NCBI GenBank assembly: GCA_963806035.1
Contig: CAWDWO010000011.1
Coordinates: 32,001 to 96,000 of the forward strand
Direction: 5' to 3'
Length of the DNA: 64,000 nucleotides
DNA from: Candidatus Krumholzibacteriota bacterium
GTDB lineage: Bacteria > Krumholzibacteriota > Krumholzibacteriia > JAJRXK01
The position numbers and the translations under genes were made by a program. A model generated the notes under the pieces. That model ran no database searches. It saw only the letters and a program-made list of their open reading frames with translations, and was not told where the DNA came from. Shown here piece by piece: positions 1 to 10,322 of this stretch; within the stretch, counting starts at the first letter, position 1, and each line of letters begins with the position of its first letter.

Positions 1-590
1 AGGGATTCCGCCCGATCAATTCTCCGCCTCAGGCTCTCTTCATCGAAGAGGTGCTGCCACAGCTCCTCAGCTCCCGGCGCTCGCGGCCCTTCATCGAGGA
101 AGCGGGTCAATGCGGTGGGACGCCGTTTCCCCGCCTCCCTTGCCCGCTGCAGTTCGGTTTCCGCCGCCTCGTTCTCGCCCCTCTCCCGCAGGATCACCGA
201 GATCAAGACTCTGGCCTCGGCGAGATCGCCGTTGATCTTCAACGCACTTTGCGCCGACTTCTCGGCCTTTCCGGGATCTCCCTGCCGGTAATGCGCCACC
301 GCCTTGCGAAAGTGCAGATCCGGGTAGCCCGGTTGCTCGGACAGAGCCGCATCGAGATAGCGCAGAGCATCGAGATCTCTCCCGTCGCGCAGCAGGCGGG
401 CGCCGATCTTGGCCTGCGCCTCGGCGCGATAAAAGCGCGCCAGGGCGACGTAGGGATGCGAATCGTCCATCAGCCCATCGAGGGCCAGATCGAAGGCCTC
501 CAGAGACGACTCGTAGTCGCCCCCGTTGTAGAGTCGCATTCCCTGCTCGTAATGACGTTGCGGCGTATCTCCGAACAGCCAACGAAACAT
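1..590 (-). CDS. Tetratricopeptide-repeat protein, 3'-truncated by the window edge
   Basis: Not in the ORF track because there is no stop in the window. Manual translation from ATG at 590 (GGAGG upstream): MFRWLFGDTPQRHYEQGMRLYNGGDYESSLEAFDLAL...YPDLHFRKAVAHYRQGDPGKAEKSAQSALKINGDLAEARVLISVILRERGENEAAETELQRA, a TPR helix pattern. Confidence 0.75.
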   Translation of the reverse strand, partial: MFRWLFGDTPQRHYEQGMRLYNGGDYESSLEAFDLALDGLMDDSHPYVALARFYRAEAQAKIGARLLRDGRDLDALRYLDAALSEQPGYPDLHFRKAVAHYRQGDPGKAEKSAQSALKINGDLAEARVLISVILRERGENEAAETELQRAREAGKRRPTALTRFLDEGPRAPGAEELWQHLFDEESLRRRIDRAES

Positions 591-653
591 CGAATCCCTC
601 CGCGAAGTGTGTTCCCCAACCGGGCACCTCCGCGCGCCTCGGCTGTGCCGCGA

Positions 654-2042
654 TCAGTCCATCGTCTTGCGAATGAAGGTTGGGATATCCAAATCCGCGC
701 CGCGTCCCGACCTGGCCGCGCGTGCCTTCATCGGTGTCTCATCCTCGCGTTCCTCCGCGGGAGCGCGGGGCGGAGTATTCTCGGCCTCGAACATGGAACG
801 GCGCGCCGCCGGAGCGGACTCCTTCACCGGTACTTCGCTCACGCCGTCTTCCAGAGAGAGCTGCCTGCCCTGCCTCGTTTCCGCGGTGGGCCGGCTGGGG
901 GCTTCCTGCGCTTGCATCCCCCCCGCCTTCATCTGCGCGGCCGGAGTCTGCGGCGGAGCGAAAGGCTGCGGCTGGGGTGGCGTGGGATTCTGGCGGCTCG
1001 TCACCTTCTGCAGCGGTACCGGCTGCGTGAGCGGCCGCACCATGTTCATGTCGATGCCCGCGCGCTGCGGCTGACGGGCGGGGTCTCCGAAGCCGGTCGC
1101 AATGACCGTCACCCGCATCTCCTCGCCCGCGTTGGGATCGATGACCGCTCCAAAGATGAGGTTCGCCTCGCTGCCCACGCCGTCCTGAATGATGCTGGTG
1201 GCCTCGCTCACCTCGTGCAGAGTCATGTCGCTGGCGCCCGTGATGTTGACCAGGACTCCCTTGGCCCCGCGGATGTCCACCTCGTCGAGCAGGGGGCTGG
1301 AGATCGCCGCAGTCGCCGCATCCGCAGCGCGGGTCTCACCCTTGGCCACTCCCGCGCCCATGATCGCGTCGCCCATCCCCGTCATGATGCTGCGCACGTC
1401 GGCGAAGTCGAGATTGACCAGACCGGGCACCGTGATGAGATCACTGATGCCTTTGGTGGCGTGGTAAAGCACCATGTCCGCCACCCGGAATGCGTCGGTG
1501 AGAGGGGTGTTCGCGGGCACGATCTTCAACAGCCGGTCGTTCTGAATGGCGATCAGAGTGTCCACCTGCGACTTCAGTGCCTCGAATCCCTCCTGGGCCT
1601 GATGCCCACGGTGCCGTCCCTCGAAGGTGAAGGGCATGGTCACGATGCCCACCACCAACGCGCCCAGTTCCCGGGCGATACGCGCCACCGTCGGCGCCGC
1701 TCCGGTACCGGTTCCACCGCCCATGCCCGCGGTGACGAAGACCATGTCGGCTCCGGTGAGGACCTCGGCCACGGTGTTCTCGTCTTCTTCCACCGCCTTG
1801 CTGCCCACGCGCGGATCACCGCCCGATCCCAAACCGCGGGTAATCTTGGCGCCGATCTGCACCTTGTTGGTGGCTTGGCTCTCTTGAAGAGCCTGTGCGT
1901 CGGTGTTGATGGCAACGAATTCCACTCCAGGCAGACCCGAGGCCACCATTCCGTTGACGGCATTACCGCCAGCTCCACCAACTCCCACGACTCGGATTTG
2001 CGCCTGATCCGTGTATTCCTCTTCGAACTCGAACATCATCAT
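654..2042 (-). CDS. ftsZ: Cell division protein FtsZ
   Basis: [11 protein letters not shown], tubulin signature GGGTGTG, NLDFADV, long Pro/Gln linker, C-terminal [10 protein letters not shown] peptide. Confidence 0.99.
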   Translation of the reverse strand: MMMFEFEEEYTDQAQIRVVGVGGAGGNAVNGMVASGLPGVEFVAINTDAQALQESQATNKVQIGAKITRGLGSGGDPRVGSKAVEEDENTVAEVLTGADMVFVTAGMGGGTGTGAAPTVARIARELGALVVGIVTMPFTFEGRHRGHQAQEGFEALKSQVDTLIAIQNDRLLKIVPANTPLTDAFRVADMVLYHATKGISDLITVPGLVNLDFADVRSIMTGMGDAIMGAGVAKGETRAADAATAAISSPLLDEVDIRGAKGVLVNITGASDMTLHEVSEATSIIQDGVGSEANLIFGAVIDPNAGEEMRVTVIATGFGDPARQPQRAGIDMNMVRPLTQPVPLQKVTSRQNPTPPQPQPFAPPQTPAAQMKAGGMQAQEAPSRPTAETRQGRQLSLEDGVSEVPVKESAPAARRSMFEAENTPPRAPAEEREDETPMKARAARSGRGADLDIPTFIRKTMD

Positions 2043-2091
2043 TGGATTCCTCCAGCTAAAACCGTGTCGTGGGGGACAAACGCCTTCCCTC

Positions 2092-3309
2092 TCACACGAT
2101 GCGGTCGAGAATGCGTTTGAAATTGCTCCAGAGTCTCCCTCCCCCGGGACTAGAGATGGGGGCTAGAGGAAGGGAGTGTTCGTGTTGTAGAGCTCTCCGG
2201 CTCAGACCGAGCGCTGTCGCCCAGGAGTCCGGCTCCTGGGAGAGATCGTCACCGGGAGCCCGCCTTTGGTCCGCTCTCAGCGCGAAAACTTGCTCGGCGA
2301 GCTCCACCGTTCCGGGAATTCTGCTCCCACCACCGGTGAGAACGATCCCCGCTGCCAGGGCTGGCCGCGTCACACCCCACTGCAGGCCGGAGGCGACATG
2401 CTCCAAGATCTCCTGCTGACGGGGCTCGCAAACCGCTGCCACCCTGGTCCGGATAGCACTCGGCGAATCGACGGTTGAGGCGGTGGGGGTGCCTCCGTGG
2501 GGTAGGACCTTCGAGCGCAGAGCGCTGGCCGATGTCCTTTTTAGTACCTCTGCCTCCTTGGGATCAACACCCAAAACGTAGGCGATGTCTCTGGTGACGT
2601 GATTTCCACCCAGAGGAACCACCCCGCTCTGGCGCAATCTGCCCCGGCAGTACAGCGCAAAGTGGGTGAGTTCACCCCCAATATCGATGAGTAGACACCC
2701 CTGTTCACGTTCCTCCTGGGAGATGAGATAAGTGGCGGTGGCGCAGGGGTTGAACACCAGCGGATCCGCCCGGTAGCCCGCCATCTCGACCACGCGATCG
2801 ATGGCCTGCACCGCCGCCTGCTCCCCCGTGATGAGGTGAGCATCCAGCTGCAGGCGAGAGCCCATCATCCCTACCGGATTCTGAAGTCCTCCCCGGCCGT
2901 CCAGGGTGTACTCCACCGGGAGGCAGTGGAGAATCACGCGGTCGAAGGGAATTCCCATGGCCTGGACTCGCCGGCGCACCCGTTCGAGATGCTCACCGCG
3001 CACGTGCCCCCCGGATTCGTCCAGCGAAATCGAGCCGCTGGAGGAGACACTGCGCAGGTGAGACCCTCCCACGCCGACTGCGATGGACTGCGGAATGACG
3101 CCGGCGATGTCGCAAGCGGTGTCCAACAGTCCGCGCAGCGCGAGCGCGGCCGCGGGCAGATCCACGAGTTCACTGCGGGTAAAACCTCGGCTGGGAACGG
3201 AGGCGTGGCCCAAGATGGCCACTCCTCCATTCCCGTCCGGTTCGGCTACCACGGCACGAAATCGTGTGGATCCCAAATCGAGACCCGCGAGAACAGGTTC
3301 TTGGTCCAT
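2092..3309 (-). CDS. ftsA: Cell division protein FtsA
   Basis: [44 protein letters not shown]; lies between ftsQ and ftsZ. Confidence 0.95.
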   Translation of the reverse strand: MDQEPVLAGLDLGSTRFRAVVAEPDGNGGVAILGHASVPSRGFTRSELVDLPAAALALRGLLDTACDIAGVIPQSIAVGVGGSHLRSVSSSGSISLDESGGHVRGEHLERVRRRVQAMGIPFDRVILHCLPVEYTLDGRGGLQNPVGMMGSRLQLDAHLITGEQAAVQAIDRVVEMAGYRADPLVFNPCATATYLISQEEREQGCLLIDIGGELTHFALYCRGRLRQSGVVPLGGNHVTRDIAYVLGVDPKEAEVLKRTSASALRSKVLPHGGTPTASTVDSPSAIRTRVAAVCEPRQQEILEHVASGLQWGVTRPALAAGIVLTGGGSRIPGTVELAEQVFALRADQRRAPGDDLSQEPDSWATALGLSRRALQHEHSLPLAPISSPGGGRLWSNFKRILDRIV

Positions 3310-3310
3310 T

Positions 3311-4123
3311 TCATCCTCCCATGTGGCGCCTCGTCGCTCCCCCGTTGGTCACGACGACTTGCCTCTCGAAGCGAAGATCCAATCGGTCCCCTGGACCGGG
3401 CTGCAGCATGGGCAGCGAAGCGGTCAATACCGTCAAACGCCGGTCCCAGCCTTCAGACCCCAGCACAACCTCGACTCCGTCGCCGGTGATGAGTCGAACG
3501 TTTCCGTTCTCCCCCACCTCCACCGACGAGAGGCCCGAAGGCCAGGTCCACGGCGTCCGGTTCAAGGACACGCAGAGCTTCCGCACAAGCTCACGCGTGG
3601 CCTTGCTCAGTACGGTCGTCCCCTCCCGACGTGGGGCCCTCAGTCGGGGTAGACCGGACACATCGATGCCGCGCCGCGGAGGTAAGTACCTCCCGTCGGC
3701 GCAGACTGCCCCACCCTCTTCCAGTGAGAAGACGGGGCGTGCTTCCTCGACCACGACTCGGAGAGTCCCGGTGGGAAGCGGGATGAATTTCACCTCTTTG
3801 ATCCAAGGATCTTCGAGGAGTTGCTCGCGAAGTTCGTCCTTCGGCAGCAAGTACATGCGCTTTCCGAAGCACTCCGAGAGAACGGTACGGAGATGCTCTT
3901 GATCCGCAGCGAGATGGCCCTGAACTCTTACCGACTGCACCCGCAAGAAGCAGCCGAGTGTGAGCATTGCCCCGAGCGCGGCCGCGCTCAAAACCAGGAA
4001 CAACTTGCGCCGCGCATGCCGGTTCTTGGCTCTCCGCACTCCGGAAGACGTACGCCGGCTCCGCGCCAGAGGGGCGCCGGGCAGCTCGCTGTCCCGAGTT
4101 CCCACGTAACGGATCTTCGTCAT
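3311..4123 (-). CDS. ftsQ: Cell division protein FtsQ/DivIB
   Basis: Basic N-terminus, one TM helix, POTRA-like region (PWIKEVKF..LPTGTLRVVVEEARP), C-terminal LDLRFERQVVV. Start at 4123 overlaps the murC stop (ATGA). Confidence 0.88.
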   Translation of the reverse strand: MTKIRYVGTRDSELPGAPLARSRRTSSGVRRAKNRHARRKLFLVLSAAALGAMLTLGCFLRVQSVRVQGHLAADQEHLRTVLSECFGKRMYLLPKDELREQLLEDPWIKEVKFIPLPTGTLRVVVEEARPVFSLEEGGAVCADGRYLPPRRGIDVSGLPRLRAPRREGTTVLSKATRELVRKLCVSLNRTPWTWPSGLSSVEVGENGNVRLITGDGVEVVLGSEGWDRRLTVLTASLPMLQPGPGDRLDLRFERQVVVTNGGATRRHMGG

Positions 4124-5559
4124 GACTCGTCCTCGCTTCTCTCGGCCAGTGCACGCATGAGAAGCTCCGCGAGGTGCGTGATGTCCCCCGCGCCCTGGGT
4201 GAGCCAGAGGTCGCCCGGGCGCGCTGTCTGCTTCGCCCACTCCACGGCCTCGTCCAAGGACTGCAGGCGCTTCACCGGCCTCGCGTACTCCTTCTCCAAC
4301 CTGGAGGCGATGAGTTCACTGTCGACGCCCTCGATCGGTTCCTCGCTCGCCTCGTAGATCGGGAGGATGCCGACCTCATCGGCAGCGGCAAGCACTTGCG
4401 CGAAGGCCTCATAGTGATCCCGCGTGCGGGTATAACGGTGGGGTTGAAACACGACGACCAAACGCCGGTCGAAGCTCTCGCGAAGCGCCTGGATCGTCAC
4501 CCCCAACTCCGTCGGATGGTGTCCGTAATCGTCCACCACCAGAACTCCTCCCACTTCACCCTTCTGCTCCAAACGTCGTCCGACTCCCCCGAAGCACACC
4601 AGGGCGCGGGAGATCTGGTCGAAATCGAGACCCAGCTCGAGTCCGGTGGCGACGGCAGCCGCCGCGTTCATGGCGTTGTGCGCGCCGAAGAGAGGAAGTT
4701 GACAGCTGCCAAGCTCATTCTGGTGCAGCCAGAATCTCAGCTGCATTCCGGCCTCGTTGCCCTTCTGGCGCGCCACGCGAAGATCGCAATCCTCGCTGCT
4801 TCCGTAGGTGAAAGGGGTCCAGCGGATGCGAGGCAGCAGCGCCATGAGTTCAGGATCGTCCTTACACGCGATGACTTTCCCGTAGAAGGGAACGCGATCC
4901 ATGAAGTCCACGAAGGCTTTACGCACCGCCTCCATGTCTCCGTAATGGTCCATGTGCTCGTGATCCACGTTGGTGATCACCGCGATCGTGGGATCCAGAC
5001 GCAAGAAGGTCCCGTCGCTCTCGTCCGCTTCGGCCACCAGGTATTCACCGCCGCCGAGAATTGCCGTGCCCCCCAGGGCCAGCAGCTTCCCCCCCACGAT
5101 CACCGTGGGATCGAGTCCTCCTTCGGTCAGCACGGTCGCGATCAGACTGCTCGTCGTGGTCTTCCCGTGCGAACCGGCGATGGCAACCCCGTGCTTCAAG
5201 CGCATCAGCTCCGCCAGCATCTCGGCGCGGCGGATGACGGGAATCCCCTTGCACCGGGCTTCCACGAGTTCGGGATTGCTCTGCGGCACCGCGGAAGAAA
5301 AGACCACCACGTCCGCGTCGTTCACGTGCGCCGCGTCGTGACCCAGCCAGACGCGCGCGCCCATGTCCTTCAGGCGTTGGGTCTGCGGACCCTCGCGCAC
5401 GTCACTCCCGGAGACCTCGAATCCCAGATGGACGAGCACTTCGGCAATGCCGCTCATGCCCACTCCACCGATGGCGACGAAGTGAATCCTCCGGGTAAGC
5501 CGGAACGCGGCGGAGCGCTCCCCGGGACGCACGAAAAGACCACGGTCCGTCCAGCTCAT
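4120..5559 (-). CDS. murC: UDP-N-acetylmuramate--L-alanine ligase
   Basis: IHFVAIGGVGMSGIA, GSHGKTTT, EADESD, DDYGHHPTE, FQPHRYTRT. Confidence 0.98.
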   Translation of the reverse strand: MSWTDRGLFVRPGERSAAFRLTRRIHFVAIGGVGMSGIAEVLVHLGFEVSGSDVREGPQTQRLKDMGARVWLGHDAAHVNDADVVVFSSAVPQSNPELVEARCKGIPVIRRAEMLAELMRLKHGVAIAGSHGKTTTSSLIATVLTEGGLDPTVIVGGKLLALGGTAILGGGEYLVAEADESDGTFLRLDPTIAVITNVDHEHMDHYGDMEAVRKAFVDFMDRVPFYGKVIACKDDPELMALLPRIRWTPFTYGSSEDCDLRVARQKGNEAGMQLRFWLHQNELGSCQLPLFGAHNAMNAAAAVATGLELGLDFDQISRALVCFGGVGRRLEQKGEVGGVLVVDDYGHHPTELGVTIQALRESFDRRLVVVFQPHRYTRTRDHYEAFAQVLAAADEVGILPIYEASEEPIEGVDSELIASRLEKEYARPVKRLQSLDEAVEWAKQTARPGDLWLTQGAGDITHLAELLMRALAERSEDES

Positions 5560-6683
5560 GCGTCCCTCCCTTCGCGTGCGCGAGAGATCAAGGCGGCGGC
5601 GAGTTCAGCAGCGCCATTCCTGCCAGCGGCGATCATCGCCGCCGCCTCCCCCATCGTCTCCAGCACGGCTGGATTCTTTTGAAACTCATCGAGTAGTCCG
5701 CAGAGCATCGACGCGTCGAACTCGGCGTCGCTCACGACTCTTGCCGCTTTCGCCCGGCTGAAGGCGGCGGCATTGTGGCTCTGGTGGTCGTCGGTCGCAT
5801 GCGGGTAGGGCACCAGGATGGCGGGCTTGCCCGCGGCCGCCAATTCCGCGAGAGTGAGCGCTCCGGCCCGACACACCACGAGATCCGCCACCCGGTAGGC
5901 CGCGGCCATGTCATCGATGTAGGCACGGGGGGTGATCTGGCTGAGACCCGAGAGCGCGGTCCGTACTCGCGGCAAGTCATCCCGTCCGGTTTGCACGATC
6001 GCTTGCCACTCACCGCGGCTCGCCCTTGCGAGCCAGGCGCCCACCACGGCGTCGTTGAGCCGAGAGGCTCCCCGGCTTCCCCCGAAAACGAGAAGGGTCA
6101 GCTTGCCCGCGGGTTGCAGTCCGAAGCTCTGGTAATCCTCGGCGCGCGCGCGCTCCCCACGCGTTTTCAGAATCTCCGCGCGCACCGGATTGGGAAGCAC
6201 CTCGACGTGTTTCGCGCGCCCGAGATACTCAGCCCCCTGCTCGAAGGCCACGTAGGCGCGCTCGGCAAAGCGGGACAGAAAGCGATTCGTCGATCCGGGC
6301 ACCGAGTTCTGTTCCTGCAGCCACAAGGGCCTGCCCATGAGAGCGGCCGCGACCGAGGGAGCCGCGCTGGCGTAGCCTCCGGTCGCGAGAACGGCCGCGG
6401 GGCGCAGGCGGAGAATCAAGGGAACGGAGGCAAGGAAGGCCAGGCCGAAGCTGAGGGCGAAGCGCAGGGCTCCCAGGACTCCCAATCCACGCAGACCAGC
6501 CGCGGGCAGGCGCGTGAGCGGGAAGCCGGCCGCGGGAACCAACTGGTTCTCGATTCCACGGCGCCCACCCACGAAGTGCACGTGCGCGCTGGGACTCTGG
6601 CTCATGAGCTCCTGGGCCACGGCCAGGGCGGGCTGCACGTGGCCTCCGGTCCCACCCGCTGCGATGAGGAAGCGCGGACTCAT
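5556..6683 (-). CDS. murG: Lipid II GlcNAc transferase MurG
   Basis: AAGGTGGHVQPA, TGGYAS, EQNSVPG, GGSRGA, RAGALT. Start MSPRF at 6683 overlaps the ftsW stop; the longer track ORF is an upstream extension. Confidence 0.97.
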   Translation of the reverse strand: MSPRFLIAAGGTGGHVQPALAVAQELMSQSPSAHVHFVGGRRGIENQLVPAAGFPLTRLPAAGLRGLGVLGALRFALSFGLAFLASVPLILRLRPAAVLATGGYASAAPSVAAALMGRPLWLQEQNSVPGSTNRFLSRFAERAYVAFEQGAEYLGRAKHVEVLPNPVRAEILKTRGERARAEDYQSFGLQPAGKLTLLVFGGSRGASRLNDAVVGAWLARASRGEWQAIVQTGRDDLPRVRTALSGLSQITPRAYIDDMAAAYRVADLVVCRAGALTLAELAAAGKPAILVPYPHATDDHQSHNAAAFSRAKAARVVSDAEFDASMLCGLLDEFQKNPAVLETMGEAAAMIAAGRNGAAELAAALISRAREGRDA

Positions 6684-7825
6684 GCTCTCTTCCTCCAGCG
6701 GTCGTTGGGGGCGCGGCGGCGGCGCAAGTGCCGGGTCACGCTCAGCAGCACTCCGACTCCCGCGAGATTGGTGATGAGGGCGCTGCCTCCGTAACTCAGG
6801 AAAGGCAGGGGAAGGCCGGTGACCGGCATCAACCCCACGACGACCGCGAGGTTGAGTACCGCGTAGCAGAGAACCATCGCGCCGATGCTCAGGGTCACCA
6901 GGTAGGCCAGGCCGTCGGGCGCGTTCCGCGCGACCTTCAGAGTGCGCGCGAACCAGAAGAAGAGGATGATGACGAGGCCCCCCGCACCCACGAAGCCCAG
7001 TTCCTCGCCCAGAATGGCGAAGATGAAATCGGTGTGGCTGGCAGGGAGGAAGAGGTACTTCATGGTGCTCATGCCCGGTCCCACCCCACGCCATCCACCA
7101 CTCCCCAAGCCCACGAGCGCCTGATAGGACTGATAGCCGAAACGTCCGTCGTGACCGCCGCGCAGCAACAGATCCATCCAAGCCGCGACCCGCTCGTGTA
7201 CCTTTCCCACGTGGGCGTAGGCCAGCCAGCAGAGCACCGCTCCCGCGAGCAGCAAGAGAAAGATCCAGCGCGCCTTGACCCCTCCCAACCAGAAAAGAGA
7301 CAGGCACAGTAGGGCCAGAGCCATCGCCGAACCGAAATTCGGTTGCAGAGCCAAGAGCAGGATGGCGATTCCCGGCACCGCGGCCATCCGCAGAAATGCC
7401 TTTCCGTCTCTCGTAACCTCTGGATGACGGTCGATCCAATAAGGGAGTCCCAACGCGAGTCCCAACTTCACGAGCTCGACCGGCTGCACGATGACGCCGA
7501 AGATGTGGAGCCAGCGGGTGATGCCGTAGGAAGAACGCGTGAAGCTCGTGCCCACCACCGTGATCAAGAGCATGAGCACGGCGGCCGGCAGGGCGATGAG
7601 AGCGAAGCGGCAGGAAACGCGGTAAGGAATCCACGCCAGGAGGAACATCACGCTGAGCCCGATGAGCGCGCGCAGCGTTTGACGGGCCGCGAAGGAGAAT
7701 TCGGTCACTCCGGCCATGCTCGCGCGATAACTGCTCGATGCGTAGACCATGATCATGCCCAGTCCGACGAGCAGAAGAGTCAAAAGGACGAGCCGGCGAT
7801 CGGGCAGCGTGGTGACGTTCTTCAT
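6680..7825 (-). CDS. ftsW: SEDS peptidoglycan polymerase FtsW
   Basis: Multi-TM protein; RW...QPVELVK, LPASHTDFIFAILGEELG, PVTGLPLPFLSYGGS. Confidence 0.97.
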   Translation of the reverse strand: MKNVTTLPDRRLVLLTLLLVGLGMIMVYASSSYRASMAGVTEFSFAARQTLRALIGLSVMFLLAWIPYRVSCRFALIALPAAVLMLLITVVGTSFTRSSYGITRWLHIFGVIVQPVELVKLGLALGLPYWIDRHPEVTRDGKAFLRMAAVPGIAILLLALQPNFGSAMALALLCLSLFWLGGVKARWIFLLLLAGAVLCWLAYAHVGKVHERVAAWMDLLLRGGHDGRFGYQSYQALVGLGSGGWRGVGPGMSTMKYLFLPASHTDFIFAILGEELGFVGAGGLVIILFFWFARTLKVARNAPDGLAYLVTLSIGAMVLCYAVLNLAVVVGLMPVTGLPLPFLSYGGSALITNLAGVGVLLSVTRHLRRRRAPNDRWRKRA

Positions 7826-9234
7826 GCCCGCCCTCCCTTCTTCTTGACCCAGTCGCTGAAGACCTCTCCGCGTTCCACGAAGGAGGAGAATTCGTCGTAG
7901 CTGGTGCAGGCGGGAGAGAGCAGAACGGTATCCCCACGATTGGCGATCTCCTTCGCCAACTCCAAGGCCTGCAGCATTCCCGGCGCTTTCTTCAACTCGA
8001 CCGCTCCCTCGAGCGCGGCAGCGATCGCCTCCGACTCCTCGCCGTAGCAGATCGCGGTGCGCACCTGTCCCATGGCGGACGCCAGGGGGCTGTAGTCCTC
8101 ACCCTTGCCCTGTCCCCCCAAGAGCATCACGAAGGGGCCGCTCAGCCCGCTGAGAGCGGCCAGCGCGGCGTGCACGTTGGTCGCCTTCGAGTCGTTCACG
8201 TAGCGCACTCCCGCGATCTCGCCCACGAGTTGCACTCGATGGGGAAGTCCCTCGAAGCTGCGCAACCCTTCCGCGAGGGAAGAGACCGGAAGTCGGTAGG
8301 GAATGAGCGCCGCGAGCGCGGCCAGGGCGTTGAGCAGATTGTGATGACCCAAGAGGGGCAGCGCGGAGGCGGAGAGGATACGCTCCTCTCGCCCCCCGCT
8401 GCGTTGAACGAGCCAGTCTTCGGCAAGACCGGTCCCGTCTTCCCCGGCGGCGATCGGCGCGGGCTGGAAGCGGAGCTTGCGAGAAGAGCAAACCGCGCTC
8501 CACGCTTCGGCCCAGACCTCCCCCCGGGGAAATACGAAGAAGTCCTTTTCGTCCATCCGCTGCAGCATCCTGCGCTTGGCTTCCGCGTAGGATTCCATGT
8601 CCGGATAACGATTGAGATGGTCGGGGGCGATGTTCAACAGTACCGCCACATCCGGGTGAAGCTGCTCGACGTGTTCGAGCTGGAAGGAAGAGGCCTCCAC
8701 CACCACGAAAACTTCGGGGGTGGCGTCGTTCACGACGGCGCTCAACGCAGTCCCTATGTTGCCTGCCAAGAGAGAGGATTTTCCCGCGGAACACAGCAGA
8801 TGGTGGATGAGACTGACCGTCGTGCTCTTCCCGTTGGTCCCCGTCACCACCAAAAGCGGCCCTTCGACGCGACGCGCCGCCAACTCCAATTCACTGAAGA
8901 CGGGCACACCCTGCTGCAGGGCCTGTTGCACTACTGGGTTGCTGTCGGGAACTCCGGGGCTGATGACGAGCACTTCGAGTTGGCTCACGGCGGCCGCAAC
9001 AGCGGCGTCTTTTCCGCCATGGAAGGCGTCGACGCGATCGCCCAAGCTCGCGAGCACCTCGCCGAGTTCGTCGCGACGGCGGTCATCGAATAGAGTGACG
9101 CGGCACCCCTCGCTCAAAAGGAGTTCGGCGGCGGCGCTGCCGCTTCTGCCCAAACCAAAGACTCCGACGCGGGTATCGCGCCAAGAGCCGTCGCGCGGCA
9201 GAATCTCCATTGCTCGGGACATCACTCTCATCAT
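7822..9234 (-). CDS. murD: UDP-MurNAc-L-Ala--D-glutamate ligase
   Basis: GLGRSG, ISPG, TGTNGKSTT, EASSFQL, NDSKATN, LSPACTSYDEF. Exact start uncertain (9237, 9234 or slightly downstream). Confidence 0.96.
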   Translation of the reverse strand: MMRVMSRAMEILPRDGSWRDTRVGVFGLGRSGSAAAELLLSEGCRVTLFDDRRRDELGEVLASLGDRVDAFHGGKDAAVAAAVSQLEVLVISPGVPDSNPVVQQALQQGVPVFSELELAARRVEGPLLVVTGTNGKSTTVSLIHHLLCSAGKSSLLAGNIGTALSAVVNDATPEVFVVVEASSFQLEHVEQLHPDVAVLLNIAPDHLNRYPDMESYAEAKRRMLQRMDEKDFFVFPRGEVWAEAWSAVCSSRKLRFQPAPIAAGEDGTGLAEDWLVQRSGGREERILSASALPLLGHHNLLNALAALAALIPYRLPVSSLAEGLRSFEGLPHRVQLVGEIAGVRYVNDSKATNVHAALAALSGLSGPFVMLLGGQGKGEDYSPLASAMGQVRTAICYGEESEAIAAALEGAVELKKAPGMLQALELAKEIANRGDTVLLSPACTSYDEFSSFVERGEVFSDWVKKKGGRA

Positions 9235-10322
9235 CACCTTAGCTTCAGAGTCGAGACCGAAAGCAAGACCAAGAGAGCGCCCACGATCCAGAAACGGATC
9301 ACGACTTTCGATTCGCTCCAGCCGAGCTTTTCGAAATGATGGTGAATGGGCGCCATGAGAAAGATCCGCTTGCCGCTTCGCAGGCGATAACTCAAAACTT
9401 GCAGGGCGACCGAGAGCGCCTCTGCCACGAACACTCCTCCGATGACCACCAGCAGCAGCTCTTGTTTGATGAGAAGAGCCACGCTTGCCAACGCACCTCC
9501 CAGAGCCATGGCTCCGGTATCGCCCATGAAAACTTCCGCCGGATGCGCGTTGTACCACAGAAAGCCGAGCGAGGCCCCCAGGACCGCCATCGCGAAGACC
9601 GCGAGTTCGCCTGCGTCCCTCAAAAAGAGAATGTTCAAGTAACCGCTGATGACGCTGTTCCCGGTCACATAGGCCAGGACCGCGAAAGCGGCGAAGCACA
9701 GGGCCGCCAGACCCACGGCCAGACCGTCGAGTCCGTCGGCCAGGTTCACCGCGTTGGTGGTACCGGAAAACACCAGCACGACCAAAGGAACGTACAGCCA
9801 ACCCCAGTTGAGCATGACGCCCTTGAAGAAGGGCAGGGTGCTCTCGGTCGCGATGCCGGCGTACTCGGGCGTGCGCACCATCCAGAGAGCCAGGACCAGA
9901 CCAAAAATTCCCTGGGCCAAGATCTTCCATCGGCCCGAAAGACCGTTCCGCTTCTTCATGACGACTTTCAAATAGTCGTCGATGAAACCGAGCAGACCCA
10001 TGAAGACCGTGCTCAGAAGCGCGACTTTGACCAGCTGATTCCCGAGATTCCCCCACAGCAACATGGGAATGATGATGGCGGCCAGGATCAGAAGGCCACC
10101 CATGGTGGGAGTTCCCGCTTTGACATGGTGCCCCTCCGGCCCCTCTTCCCTGATGGTCTCACCGATCTGCAGCGAACGAAGCTTCGCGATGGCCCAACCT
10201 CCGAACACGAAGCAAATGAGAAGTGCAGTCACCGTCGCGTACGCGGCGCGGAAAGTGATGTAGCGGAAGACGTTGAACGCCCCCCAGCTCCCGCGGAGAA
10301 TCTCGACGAGTTCGTAGAACAT
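9234..10322 (-). CDS. mraY: Phospho-N-acetylmuramoyl-pentapeptide transferase
   Basis: KAGTPTMGG, DDYLK, NAVNLADGLDGL, FMGDTG, MAPIHHHFE. Confidence 0.99.
   Translation of the reverse strand: MFYELVEILRGSWGAFNVFRYITFRAAYATVTALLICFVFGGWAIAKLRSLQIGETIREEGPEGHHVKAGTPTMGGLLILAAIIIPMLLWGNLGNQLVKVALLSTVFMGLLGFIDDYLKVVMKKRNGLSGRWKILAQGIFGLVLALWMVRTPEYAGIATESTLPFFKGVMLNWGWLYVPLVVLVFSGTTNAVNLADGLDGLAVGLAALCFAAFAVLAYVTGNSVISGYLNILFLRDAGELAVFAMAVLGASLGFLWYNAHPAEVFMGDTGAMALGGALASVALLIKQELLLVVIGGVFVAEALSVALQVLSYRLRSGKRIFLMAPIHHHFEKLGWSESKVVIRFWIVGALLVLLSVSTLKLR

Noticed and set aside
51..2120. 689-aa plus-strand ORF and similar long antisense ORFs (4174-5682, 9336-10694, 34722-36338, 39045-40493, 54191-55954, 59407-61416)
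   Set aside because: They lie opposite well-conserved genes, have no recognisable motifs, and are expected shadows of high-GC codon usage.
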